Below are positions 10,175 through 20,159 of a stretch of DNA of 64,000 nucleotides, in pieces (position 1 is the stretch's first letter; the number at the start of each line of letters is the position of its first letter). This DNA comes from Pirellulales bacterium (lineage in GTDB: Bacteria; Planctomycetota; Planctomycetia; Pirellulales; UBA1268): contig JADHSL010000007.1 in assembly GCA_016776925.1 (NCBI GenBank), positions 4,821 through 68,820 on the forward strand, written 5' to 3'. The translations under genes were made by a program, and so were the position numbers. Under the pieces are notes generated by a model. The model made no database searches, was not told where the DNA came from, and was given only the letters and a program-made list of their open reading frames with translations.

Positions 10175-12472
10175 ATGCGACCTTCTCTCCGGAAGTTACT
10201 AGCGGCTTCCTGCTTCGTAGGAATCGCCACGTGGGCAACCGCAAGTCCAGCGAGCATTCTTGTTGAAGCTGAAAGCTTCGAAGACCTTGGTGGATGGAAG
10301 CTTGATACTCAATTTATAAACGAAATGGGGTCTCCCTATCTTCTCGCTCATGGGCTTGGCACACCTGTCTCTGATGCCTTTACCACAATCCAAGTCGAAT
10401 CGACCGGGCTCTACCATGTATGGGTGCGGACCAAGGACTGGGTCGCCCGCTGGAAAGCACCAGGCACTCCCGGAGTATTCCGGATTGCCTTCAACGACAG
10501 CTATCTTTCACAAACGTTTGGTACCGAGGGAACTCATTGGCACTGGCAGTATGGTGGCTCGGTCGAACTACCGAAAGGCAATAACACAATCAGACTCCAT
10601 GACCTCAGTGGTTTTGATGGACGATGTGACTGCATCGCACTGACTTCAACAAAACAACCACCACCAGATGACCCACACATTCTTCCCGCATGGCGGCGGA
10701 CCCTCCTTGAATTACCGGAGACGCCAATCTCTCACGGTCCCTACGATCTGATTGTCATTGGTGGTGGGTATGCGGGGACCGCCGCAAGCATATCAGCTGC
10801 ACGCATGGGGCTCACTGTTGCACTGATTCAAAACCGGCCGGTCCTTGGCGGCAATGGTTCAAGTGAGGTGCGTGTCTGGGCCAAAGGACTCATTCGCCGG
10901 GGTAAGTATCCTCGCATTGGTGAAGTTGTTGAAGAATTCCGTGACAACGCAAAAAAAAGCCCTGGAACGTATGAAGAATTTGGTGACTCAAAGAAAGAAG
11001 CCATCGTTCGGGCCGAAGATCATATTGACCTTTTTTTGAACATGCATGCATTTGATGTTGATACAGAACAAGGACAGACACACATCAAAGGCGTCACTGC
11101 TTTAGACACACGTACCAATCAGGTTCATCTATTCACGGGCAGGCTGTTCTGTGACGCAACTGGACACGCAACTATTGCTTATAAGGCGGGCGCCGAGACT
11201 GTCATGGAGCCGAACGGCCGAATGGGTATGAGTAACATGTGGGCCTGGGCTGATACCTCAGAACTGCAAGAATTCCCAGAGACTCCTTGGGCGCTGCCAC
11301 TCACAATGGATGACTTTCCCTACCCACGGGATCACCACGGGCAGTGGTTCTGGGAAAGTGGCTTTGACAAGGACCCGCTGCACGATGCTGAAGGAATCCG
11401 CGATTGGAATCTGCGAGCAGTATTTGGGGCATTTCAGGCTATGAAGAATGGTGGTGGCTCAAAAGACCACACAAACGCACACCTTACCTGGGTGGCCTAC
11501 ATAGGCGGGCCACGCGAGAGTCGACGGGTTCTCGGTGATGTTGTGCTCTCACAAGAGGATATCGTCTCAAAGCGTGAATTTTCCGATGGATGCGTGCCCT
11601 CGACATGGTCAATTGATCTCCATTACCCAAAGGAACAATACGCAGCAAAGTTTCCTGACAATCCTTTTATTTCAATTGCAGTTCATGACAGACGTGTGGA
11701 TCGGTCATTCGGATACCCAGTTCCCTATCGTTGTTTTTACTCCCGAAATATTACAAACCTTTTTATGGCAGGCCGTTGTATTTCAGTCACTCATAAAGCT
11801 CTTGGTACAACCCGCGTCATGCAGACCTGTGGCATGATGGGTGAAGTTGTTGGAAAAGCCGCGAGTGTTGCAATCCGCAACCACGAGACTCCACGGGGTG
11901 TCTACGAGAACCACTGGAAAGAACTGGCTGAATTGTTGTGTTTACCTGGCAAGGCGCACCGTGAAACGCCACATGCACCGCTCGAAATACCCGATGACGT
12001 CATGCCGCTCGCAGGGTCAGATGGACCACCTACAGGGATCGATCCAGTGGGTCTAGCAAACCGACTCTCTGGCACTATTCAGGATGATCGTGATGCCACC
12101 TATCAGGGAGCATGGCAGACAGGCCATGGGTTGAAAGGCTACGTTGGGCATGGCTACCGCTACGCACGCGCCGGAAGTCATGCCACGGCAACTTTTACAC
12201 TCAAGGCCCCGGCGAAGGGTAGCTATGACGTACTGGTTTCATGGCAATCACACCCAAACCGGGGCAATACTGTGCCCGTCTCCGTGCAATCAAGGAAAGT
12301 GGATTCGACCATCACGTTGAACATGAAGAAGGAGCCAGCTGTCCACAATGCCTTTGGACGGGCAGGCCAGGTCGACGTTGAAAAGGGAGACAAAATTACC
12401 GTGACGATTGGCACCGATGACGCCGGTGGCCTGGCTCATGCAGATGCTGTCCTTCTGGTCCCCAAAAATTAG
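10175..12472 (+). CDS. secreted FAD-dependent oxidoreductase with CBM-like N- and C-terminal modules
   Basis: Sec signal. Dinucleotide fold DLIVIGGGYAGTAASISAARMG...LGGNGSSE. The N-terminal module ILVEAESFEDLGGWKLD...IRLHDLSGFDGRCDCIALT resembles a carbohydrate-binding beta-sandwich. Confidence 0.8.
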   Translation: MRPSLRKLLAASCFVGIATWATASPASILVEAESFEDLGGWKLDTQFINEMGSPYLLAHGLGTPVSDAFTTIQVESTGLYHVWVRTKDWVARWKAPGTPGVFRIAFNDSYLSQTFGTEGTHWHWQYGGSVELPKGNNTIRLHDLSGFDGRCDCIALTSTKQPPPDDPHILPAWRRTLLELPETPISHGPYDLIVIGGGYAGTAASISAARMGLTVALIQNRPVLGGNGSSEVRVWAKGLIRRGKYPRIGEVVEEFRDNAKKSPGTYEEFGDSKKEAIVRAEDHIDLFLNMHAFDVDTEQGQTHIKGVTALDTRTNQVHLFTGRLFCDATGHATIAYKAGAETVMEPNGRMGMSNMWAWADTSELQEFPETPWALPLTMDDFPYPRDHHGQWFWESGFDKDPLHDAEGIRDWNLRAVFGAFQAMKNGGGSKDHTNAHLTWVAYIGGPRESRRVLGDVVLSQEDIVSKREFSDGCVPSTWSIDLHYPKEQYAAKFPDNPFISIAVHDRRVDRSFGYPVPYRCFYSRNITNLFMAGRCISVTHKALGTTRVMQTCGMMGEVVGKAASVAIRNHETPRGVYENHWKELAELLCLPGKAHRETPHAPLEIPDDVMPLAGSDGPPTGIDPVGLANRLSGTIQDDRDATYQGAWQTGHGLKGYVGHGYRYARAGSHATATFTLKAPAKGSYDVLVSWQSHPNRGNTVPVSVQSRKVDSTITLNMKKEPAVHNAFGRAGQVDVEKGDKITVTIGTDDAGGLAHADAVLLVPKN

Positions 12473-12483
12473 CTGACATTTTC

Positions 12484-14031
12484 TTACGGAACTTCTGGGT
12501 GCATCTCACTGCCATTCGCGTCCACCGGATAGAGTGCAGATTCAGCTTGTAAGGACGCTGTCAGCGAAGCCATCATTCTCTTCAATACCTTCGGCTTACT
12601 CTGTGCCACGTTCTCGTTTTCATATGGATCAGTGACCAGATTGAAAAGTTCATACCGTGTCTTCGCTGGATTATCATTTGGTCGGTAGTGATAAATAATC
12701 TTCCAGTCACCGTCACGGTAGGAGGTGAAATAACTACTCCGGTGCTTATGCGGGAAATGCATAAGGAATTGCTCTTCTCGACCCGAATCCTGCTTGCCTT
12801 CAATTTGTGTCTTCAGATCGGTGCCATCAAGGGTATGGCCTGATGGCGGTTGAACACCGGTTACCGAGAGAACTGTTGGGTAGATATCCATCACTGTGCC
12901 AAACTGCCTTTGGATCGCTCCTGCAGGAATAGGCAATCGTTTCTGGATTTTATTCTGAGCTGATGGTTTTGCCCAAGATGCAATAAAAGGAACCCTCATG
13001 CCGCCTTCATAGTGTGTTCCCTTCTTGGCGCGCAATGGAAACGAACTTGCATGGTCGTGAACAGGACCAAGCGGAGCATCACTCCCATTATCTCCAACGA
13101 AAAGAACGAGAGTATCTTCGGCAATTCCAATAGATTCCAGATGATCAAGTATGTCGCCTAACGACTTGTCCATTCCTTCAATCAATGTGGCATACGCCTG
13201 TGCATTTTTAGGCTTCCCTGAGTCTTCATAATGCGAAGCAAAGCGGGGGTCCGACTGAAATGGACTATGGACTGCATAGTGTGCAAAATCAAGGAAGAAT
13301 GGCTTCTTGTCTTGTACTGCACGAGTGATCTGTTTTTTGGCTTCCAGTGTGAGTGCTTCTGAAAGAAACGTGTCTGAGCCATAATATTTCTCAAGGTGTG
13401 GCACAGCCCGACGTTTATTCCCTTTCAAATTACCGTATCCGTCTTCCCCGTAGTAACTTCCGGGCTGTCCCCACGAGCAGCCAGCAACATTGACATCAAA
13501 ACCAAGATTGGTGGGCCACTCAGATGGTTCACCGAGGGGGCCGAAGTGAGCCTTGCCTACAAAAATTGTGCGATACCCACTCGCTTGGAGCACACCCGGA
13601 AGGGTCGCCCGTGCATTCTGAAATCCAACCCACCGCCATTCTGGCGGGCCGTATTCCCCACGATTATTCTCCTCCGATCGTATCCATTGCGTAACCCGAT
13701 GTCGTGCGGCATTTTGCCCAGTAAGGATTGATGTTCTTGTTGGTGAACAGACACTCATTGCATAGAACGTACTGAAACGAATACCCCGCGAGGCGAGCCG
13801 CTCCATTGCGGGCGTACGATAGTAATCATTGAGTGGATATCGTTTTGGTTTCCCGTCATCATCAGTCATAAAGGGAACCGAAGTATCCATTGGGCCCATG
13901 TCGTCAACAAGAAACAGAATCACATTAGGCTGTTGATCGACTGCTAGTGCTGCAGAAGCTGCATTCCACATCAATGCCGATATGGCACCCACACAACAAA
14001 CCGCGCAAAACCGCAATGGTGTCAAAAGCAT
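12484..14031 (-). CDS. sulfatase (S1 family, formylglycine-dependent)
   Basis: Signal peptide. LFLVDDMGPMD metal site. C-x-P-x-R motif CSPTRTSILTGQ. Confidence 0.9.
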   Translation of the reverse strand: MLLTPLRFCAVCCVGAISALMWNAASAALAVDQQPNVILFLVDDMGPMDTSVPFMTDDDGKPKRYPLNDYYRTPAMERLASRGIRFSTFYAMSVCSPTRTSILTGQNAARHRVTQWIRSEENNRGEYGPPEWRWVGFQNARATLPGVLQASGYRTIFVGKAHFGPLGEPSEWPTNLGFDVNVAGCSWGQPGSYYGEDGYGNLKGNKRRAVPHLEKYYGSDTFLSEALTLEAKKQITRAVQDKKPFFLDFAHYAVHSPFQSDPRFASHYEDSGKPKNAQAYATLIEGMDKSLGDILDHLESIGIAEDTLVLFVGDNGSDAPLGPVHDHASSFPLRAKKGTHYEGGMRVPFIASWAKPSAQNKIQKRLPIPAGAIQRQFGTVMDIYPTVLSVTGVQPPSGHTLDGTDLKTQIEGKQDSGREEQFLMHFPHKHRSSYFTSYRDGDWKIIYHYRPNDNPAKTRYELFNLVTDPYENENVAQSKPKVLKRMMASLTASLQAESALYPVDANGSEMHPEVP

Positions 14032-14124
14032 TTCCCACCCTTTTTTCTTCTGGAACCTTCTCGGTAGGATACCGATTGTTTCAATCGTACCGAATTCTCT
14101 CCGTCTTTGTCATGCTACTCAGAA

Positions 14125-15867
14125 ATGCCTCTCATGCGACTCCTTATACACACCGCACGATTGAGCATGATTGCAGGCATTATCGCGTGCCTCTTCTCTA
14201 CGTTTTCCTCCACACCCAACCAACCGGCCATTTCCCTCACGACAATTCCACTCAATATCATCCAGAATGCATTGCCTACGGCGGTGGCGTTTGGAAGACG
14301 CTCTCAGACGATACGAGATGCTGTTGAATTGCAAAGTGCTCTGGGTGAACCTGTTGGCTTCTGTTTTCAAACTTCTCCAATCAGCGACACCGTCGTCGGC
14401 TTTTCCGGTCCTTCAAATCTCCTGATTATTTGTGACCCCATCAACACGATCTGCGGTATTTCTGTCCTCTCAAGTGCAGATACCCGTGACCACGTGTCGT
14501 TCGTCAAAAAAGATGCTGAATTCTGGGACCAGTTTATTGGTAGGTCATTAGCTGAACTCAAGAATATGCCACACCCGCACTACCACACGACGGCTGGTGC
14601 AACGCTTACAAGTCTGGCAATGATCGAATCGGTTGCCAAGCGATTAGGAAAGAATCAGCGTTCTACTCGTTTTACAGTACAGCCCACCCTGTCAGACATC
14701 CAGAAAATATTCCCACGAGCCATAAGCCTCCGTTTCGATGCTGGTGATTCCTCCGTCATACATATCTACGACAGTACAGAAATCCCGATCGGTTGGGCGC
14801 TTCGCACGACTCCTGCTGCCGACTCCCTCATCGGGTATCAAGGGCCCACGGACACGCTTATTGGTTTCGACACAACCGGCACTGTTGTTGGACTCTGCGT
14901 CCTGCAGAGTTTTGATAATGAACCATATGTTGGCTATGTTCGCGAAGACCCAGGTTTTGAAAATCACTTTCTTGGCCAAACATTTGAAGACCTTGCTGCA
15001 CTCGACCAGAACATGCCATCAACCGAAGGCGTGAGTGGTGCCACAATGACTAGTCAGGCTATTGCAGAAGCGATTGTTGTGGCCGCTCATTCGGCACAGG
15101 AAAACCAAGGCACAAGATCTCTCATTCAGCCCGTTGCCCGTCGCATCAAAAGCATAAACGCACCACAATGGGGAGCCCTGCTTGTGGTACTTGCTGGTCT
15201 CTTCATTGGCTTTACCCGCATGCGTGGTCAGTGGATAGGCCGAATTGCATTTCCGCTTGTTGTCTTTGCCTACCTTGGCTTTGGTGCCGGAGCGTTACTT
15301 TCTCAAGCACAACTCTGGGGCTGGGCCGCCCATGGCATACCTCAAGCCGCCCCAGTACTACTCTTTCTTTCCATCGTTGCCATCCTGACGCCTGCCACAA
15401 CAGGACGAAATGTCTACTGCACCCAACTTTGTGCACACGGCGCCGCGCAGCAACTCCTGAAAATCTCCATTCCACAGCGTCGTGATGGTTTGCTCCGGCG
15501 AGTCCGCAAACGACTCACACCTTTTTTGAGACGACTGCGATGGCTTCCATGGGCCCTCTTTATTCTTTGCCTTCTCATAACGGTCTCAGGTCAAACCATT
15601 CCTCTGGTTGACTTTGAGCCATTTGATGCATACCTACCAACAATCGCAGGAACTGCAGCCATTTTCATTTTCGTACTTGGGCTTGGAGTGAGTATTATTT
15701 CACCGATGGCATATTGCCAGCACGCCTGTCCAACAGGAGCATTTCTCAGCTTCATCAGACTCAATCGTAAATCTTCAGTGATCACCTGGCAGGATGGAAT
15801 CCTTTGCGGGTGCTTCCTTCTAACACTTGGAACCGCATGGGCGGCCGGAGCATTTACACTCTTATGA
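14125..15867 (+). CDS. NosR/NapH-like membrane redox protein with two extracytoplasmic FMN-binding domains and CX3C(P) motifs
   Basis: N-terminal TM helix. Two FMN_bind-type motifs (TAGATLTSLAMIESV and VSGATMTSQAIAEAI). About 6 C-terminal TM helices carrying YCTQLCAHG and YCQHACPTGAF. Confidence 0.75.
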   Translation: MPLMRLLIHTARLSMIAGIIACLFSTFSSTPNQPAISLTTIPLNIIQNALPTAVAFGRRSQTIRDAVELQSALGEPVGFCFQTSPISDTVVGFSGPSNLLIICDPINTICGISVLSSADTRDHVSFVKKDAEFWDQFIGRSLAELKNMPHPHYHTTAGATLTSLAMIESVAKRLGKNQRSTRFTVQPTLSDIQKIFPRAISLRFDAGDSSVIHIYDSTEIPIGWALRTTPAADSLIGYQGPTDTLIGFDTTGTVVGLCVLQSFDNEPYVGYVREDPGFENHFLGQTFEDLAALDQNMPSTEGVSGATMTSQAIAEAIVVAAHSAQENQGTRSLIQPVARRIKSINAPQWGALLVVLAGLFIGFTRMRGQWIGRIAFPLVVFAYLGFGAGALLSQAQLWGWAAHGIPQAAPVLLFLSIVAILTPATTGRNVYCTQLCAHGAAQQLLKISIPQRRDGLLRRVRKRLTPFLRRLRWLPWALFILCLLITVSGQTIPLVDFEPFDAYLPTIAGTAAIFIFVLGLGVSIISPMAYCQHACPTGAFLSFIRLNRKSSVITWQDGILCGCFLLTLGTAWAAGAFTLL

Positions 15868-16781
15868 AGCCCTCCGTTGTTAGTCTGTGTTTTTGTAGCT
15901 TTATTGTTTTCGGCACCTATGGTGATGCCAGGGAACCCCTGCCTACCTTCGCGGGCCCAGCGATGGGCACAACCTATCGCGTCACATTAAAGGCTCCCAT
16001 ACAAAACAAGTCACTTGGCAATATTCATCGCGAAATTGATCAGCTTCTTCAACAGATTGACCTATCACTGAGTACATGGCGTGACGACTCATCCGTGTCT
16101 CGGCTGAATCACGCCCCTGCCCATACACCCGTCCAACTTGATCGCCATCTCACAGCGGTTTTCTACATCGCACAAAACCTTCATCGAAGGACTGAGGGCC
16201 GTTTTGACATCACAGTCGCTCCACTGATCCAGTGGTGGAGGCACATAGACACCACCCATGGCTCGCCTTCGACTGAAGCCCACCTCTCGGCGGCACCTTC
16301 AGAAATAATGAAACTTGTCGGCTTTTCCAATTTGCAGGTAACCACGTCCAGTGACTCCGAATACCCGCATCTGCAGAAGGCATATGCGGCTGTAGCCATT
16401 GATCTCTCCGGCATTGGAGCAGGCTATGCCGTTGACCAAATAGGAAACCACCTTGAGTCGCTTGGTTCCACTGCTCATCTGGTAGAACTCGGAGGTGAGG
16501 TGCGGGCCTGGGGACGGCCAAACCCATCTGAAAACTGGCAGGTTGCACTCCGCTCCAGAAAAACCAAGCCACCCGAAATTATTTCACTTCATCACGGACA
16601 GGCACTTGCGGTATCAACCTCTTTGCGAGGAAAGCGGGTCATCAATCCCTTGACAGGCAGGAGTGCCGTAGTCTCTCCATACGCCACGCCAGTCGTTGTG
16701 TATGCACAAACGTGTGCTGAAGCAGATGGACTGGCGACTGCAAAGGTGCTGAATACTGTCCAAGACGCCACACCGAAATAG
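15864..16781 (+). CDS. apbE: FAD:protein FMN transferase (ApbE family)
   Basis: The ATG at 15864 overlaps the upstream TGA (ATGA). Signal peptide. Contains AMGTTYRVTL and the ApbE-like segments IDLSGIGAGYAVD and ELGGEV. Confidence 0.8.
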   Translation: MKPSVVSLCFCSFIVFGTYGDAREPLPTFAGPAMGTTYRVTLKAPIQNKSLGNIHREIDQLLQQIDLSLSTWRDDSSVSRLNHAPAHTPVQLDRHLTAVFYIAQNLHRRTEGRFDITVAPLIQWWRHIDTTHGSPSTEAHLSAAPSEIMKLVGFSNLQVTTSSDSEYPHLQKAYAAVAIDLSGIGAGYAVDQIGNHLESLGSTAHLVELGGEVRAWGRPNPSENWQVALRSRKTKPPEIISLHHGQALAVSTSLRGKRVINPLTGRSAVVSPYATPVVVYAQTCAEADGLATAKVLNTVQDATPK

Positions 16782-16867
16782 GCGTGCTAACGAAGCGTCA
16801 CACGAATCCTTCTATTAGCCGATGCGCCTGTCACGACCACACACCCCCTCAGTCCCATCAATACTGT

Positions 16868-17635
16868 TTATTGTGGTACTGCAACCATCACATCATCCAC
16901 CCATGCCTCAGTAGTAACTGCCAGGCGGATCCGCCGCTTGGTCTCGTGCCCTATACCAGGTGATACCAAACGTCCAATCTCACGTCCGTCTATTTTTACG
17001 GACATCAGGTTTCCATTCACAACAATTTTCAAGTCATGCCAGACATCTGTTTTCAGTTTCATTGGAACAATACTTGATTTGGTGGCGATTTGTTTTTTCT
17101 CTGCCTTCGTTAACTTCTTGGCTTTGTTCTTTTCATGTATCTCTTTGCGCATTCGCCCCGTCTTGAGATCAACAATTTCAAGCGACGCCGGTTTGATTCG
17201 TGCCATACATATATGGCCAGCATGCACGGTTTTTTCGCTCATGTCCGCAATATTGACACCTAGGTCTCCCTGTTTTGGAAGCATAAATTTTGCGGTAATA
17301 CAGACATCCTGAAACGCCACGTCATGAGTGACTGATACTCCGTGGTCGGCTACTGCTGCGCGTTTGATGAACATAGCACCATCGCGAAGGAACACCTGCT
17401 TCTCACCTTTTGCACGTGCCTTACTGTTGGTGCCCCATCCATTTCCAGGATTTTCCTTACTTGCATTGCCCTCGGTTCGGTCAAAGCGATCTTGGAAAAT
17501 AATCTTCGCCTCGCGGTCTCCAGCTTGGACAAAAACACCTCCTACCGTGCACAACGACCCAATCCCAACAACCAAAGTCACAAGAATCTGATGTAATACA
17601 TTTTTTTTGGTGATATATATCTTCACTGTTCTCAT
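16868..17635 (-). CDS. secreted concanavalin/LamG-like (DUF1080-like) domain protein
   Basis: N-terminal hydrophobic anchor. Beta-rich domain ending DVWHDLKIVVNGNLMSVKIDGREIG. The family call is weak. Confidence 0.5.
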   Translation of the reverse strand: MRTVKIYITKKNVLHQILVTLVVGIGSLCTVGGVFVQAGDREAKIIFQDRFDRTEGNASKENPGNGWGTNSKARAKGEKQVFLRDGAMFIKRAAVADHGVSVTHDVAFQDVCITAKFMLPKQGDLGVNIADMSEKTVHAGHICMARIKPASLEIVDLKTGRMRKEIHEKNKAKKLTKAEKKQIATKSSIVPMKLKTDVWHDLKIVVNGNLMSVKIDGREIGRLVSPGIGHETKRRIRLAVTTEAWVDDVMVAVPQ

Positions 17636-17662
17636 CCCTCCCTCGTTGTCTGAAATCCTTCC

Positions 17663-19981
17663 ATGCGAACTGCAAATATACTCTGTGCGATATCGCTTGC
17701 CATCACATTTTCATTTGTACGTCCTCTCGACGCTGAGCCATCCAAAGAAACCTTTGGGTCCAACGTGATTGGTGAGGTGTACAAACACGCCTCAGGTGAT
17801 GACCTTTGGATCTACCGTTTTCAGCCTGATCATCATGACCCTTCAACCGATTGCTGCCCAGCTGTGGTCTTTTTCTTTGGTGGTGGCTGGAATGGTGGAT
17901 CAGTCCACCAATTTGAAAAACACGCGGCATATCTGGCCCAGCGAGGCATCGTCGCCTTTCTTGCAGATTACCGTGTCAAAAACAGACAAGGTACAAGTCC
18001 GGATGCCTGTGTCCGGGATGGCAAATCTGCAATTCGCTGGATTCGTGCCAATGCTGCTCGACTTGGTGTTGATCCAGAAAGAATTGGTGCTGGTGGCGGC
18101 TCAGCTGGCGGCCACGTCGCGGCGGCAACTGGAATCTGCAACGGGTTTGAAGATCCGGCCGACAGGAATAGAGAAACCAGTTCGAAACCCAATGCACTGC
18201 TTCTTTTTAACCCCGTATATGACAATGGGCCGGACGGGTATGGGCACTCCCGCATCAAAGAACACTTCCCGGCTATTTCTCCTGCACACAACATCACACC
18301 CGACGATCCACCAACGCTTGTCTTTCTTGGATCCAACGACAAGCTCATCCCGGTATCAGCTGCTGAGAAATTTGATGCTGATTTAAAAAAAGCCGGTATC
18401 ACCTCTTCTCTACACATCTACAAAGGTGAACCGCACGGATTCTTCAATGAAGGTAAATCTCAGCGATGTTGCGTTGATACGATTCTGAAAATGGACCAGT
18501 TTCTAGGAGGCCTTGGCTGGCTCGAAGGAGAACCTCACCGGGCGGCACTTAGAGGACTGCTCTCGGACAAACCAACCACACCAAACATCGTATTCATCAT
18601 GTGTGATGATCTTGGGTATGGCGATGTCCATTGCCTCAACACACAATATGGCAAAATTCAAACGCCCCATATAGACACCCTCGCTGCAGAAGGCATGACG
18701 TTTACTGATGCCCATTCGGGCTCCGCCGTCTGTACGCCAACGAGATATGGCCTGCTCACGGGACGCCATTGCTGGCGCACAAAACTGCAGCACGGTGTTG
18801 TTCAGGGGTTTGCCCCGTGCCTTATTGCAGATGGCCGTCCGACGGTGGCGAGCTTTTTACACGCGAAGGGGTATAAAACGGCACTCATTGGGAAGTGGCA
18901 CCTCAATTATCAATACAAAGACCAGAGCACAGGAGTGTTCCTCAAACGGAACAAAAATAAGTTGCCGCCTGTTGGTGCAACAATTCCGGACGGCCCATTA
19001 GCTCACGGCTTTGATTTTTTTTACGGGTTTCATCACAGCCGGGACATGGATGCAGTAGTTGAAAATACTAAGGTGATCGGACACGACGATGCGGTTACTA
19101 TGCTTCCTCGTTTGGCTGAACAATCCGTTCGCTATATCGAACATGCAGCTGCGGATGCTCGGCCATTCTTTCTTTACGTGCCCCTCAGTTCTCCACATAC
19201 ACCAATTGTGCCAAGCGACGCTTGGAAAGGAAAAAGTGGTATCAGTGACTATGCGGATTTTGTCATGCAAACAGATGACGTGGTTGGGCAGATAATCAAT
19301 GCTATCGACACCAACAATCTGGCAGAAGAGACGATCGTCATTTTCACAAGTGACAATGGATGTTCAAAAGCTGCTGATATTGATGAACTTGCAAAAAAGG
19401 GCCACCGCGTCAGTGGTCCGTACAGAGGGTCAAAGGCTGACCTCTGGGAGGGAGGTCACCGTGTCCCATTTTTTGCACGTTGGTCTGGCGAAATACCGCC
19501 TCGTTCCCATACCAGCCAGACAATCTGTATCACCGACTTCTTTGCCACTCTCGCTGATCTTCTCATTGATGACATTCCGGAGAAGGCTGCCGAAGACAGC
19601 GTCAGTTTTCTCTCTGCTTTTTATGGCCAACCTATTGTCACAGATCGCACGGGTCTTATTCATTCATCGATTAGCGGTCACTTCGGATACCGTATGGATC
19701 ACTGGAAACTTCTCCTCGCCCGAGGATCCGGTGGCTGGACTGCGCCAAAAGAGAGTGCGGCCAAACAACAGGAACTTCCCGCTTACCAGCTTTACAACAT
19801 GGCAACCGACCCTACTGAAAGCCAGAATCTCGGAAGTGAGCAACGCGATATCGCCCACAAAATGTATACCCTCCTCCGCAGCGACATTGAACAAGGTCGA
19901 AGCACAACTGGCCCTGAAACAACAAATGATGCGGAACCAATAAAACTCTGGAAAAGTGGGTCGCCGACGCCTGACCTCTAA
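17663..19981 (+). CDS. bifunctional fusion: alpha/beta-hydrolase esterase domain + S1 sulfatase domain
   Basis: N-terminal domain: oxyanion-hole region VVFFFGGGWNGGS and nucleophile elbow GGGSAGGHV. C-terminal domain: FIMCDDLGYGD, CTPTRYGLLTGR (C-x-P-x-R) and GKWHL. Confidence 0.85.
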   Translation: MRTANILCAISLAITFSFVRPLDAEPSKETFGSNVIGEVYKHASGDDLWIYRFQPDHHDPSTDCCPAVVFFFGGGWNGGSVHQFEKHAAYLAQRGIVAFLADYRVKNRQGTSPDACVRDGKSAIRWIRANAARLGVDPERIGAGGGSAGGHVAAATGICNGFEDPADRNRETSSKPNALLLFNPVYDNGPDGYGHSRIKEHFPAISPAHNITPDDPPTLVFLGSNDKLIPVSAAEKFDADLKKAGITSSLHIYKGEPHGFFNEGKSQRCCVDTILKMDQFLGGLGWLEGEPHRAALRGLLSDKPTTPNIVFIMCDDLGYGDVHCLNTQYGKIQTPHIDTLAAEGMTFTDAHSGSAVCTPTRYGLLTGRHCWRTKLQHGVVQGFAPCLIADGRPTVASFLHAKGYKTALIGKWHLNYQYKDQSTGVFLKRNKNKLPPVGATIPDGPLAHGFDFFYGFHHSRDMDAVVENTKVIGHDDAVTMLPRLAEQSVRYIEHAAADARPFFLYVPLSSPHTPIVPSDAWKGKSGISDYADFVMQTDDVVGQIINAIDTNNLAEETIVIFTSDNGCSKAADIDELAKKGHRVSGPYRGSKADLWEGGHRVPFFARWSGEIPPRSHTSQTICITDFFATLADLLIDDIPEKAAEDSVSFLSAFYGQPIVTDRTGLIHSSISGHFGYRMDHWKLLLARGSGGWTAPKESAAKQQELPAYQLYNMATDPTESQNLGSEQRDIAHKMYTLLRSDIEQGRSTTGPETTNDAEPIKLWKSGSPTPDL

Positions 19982-20159
19982 ACACAGTCGGGGTTTTTCG
20001 AAAACCATATGCAACCCTCTACACTTCGTACTATATTGTCAGGACGCGAAGCTACCGGGGCATGAACGCATTTTCACAAGCAGTTTTAAATACGCAGGAA
20101 TATTTCAGCACAGAATACACTCCAACGTGAACCATATTTAGCACCAAGAAAGGCAACCC

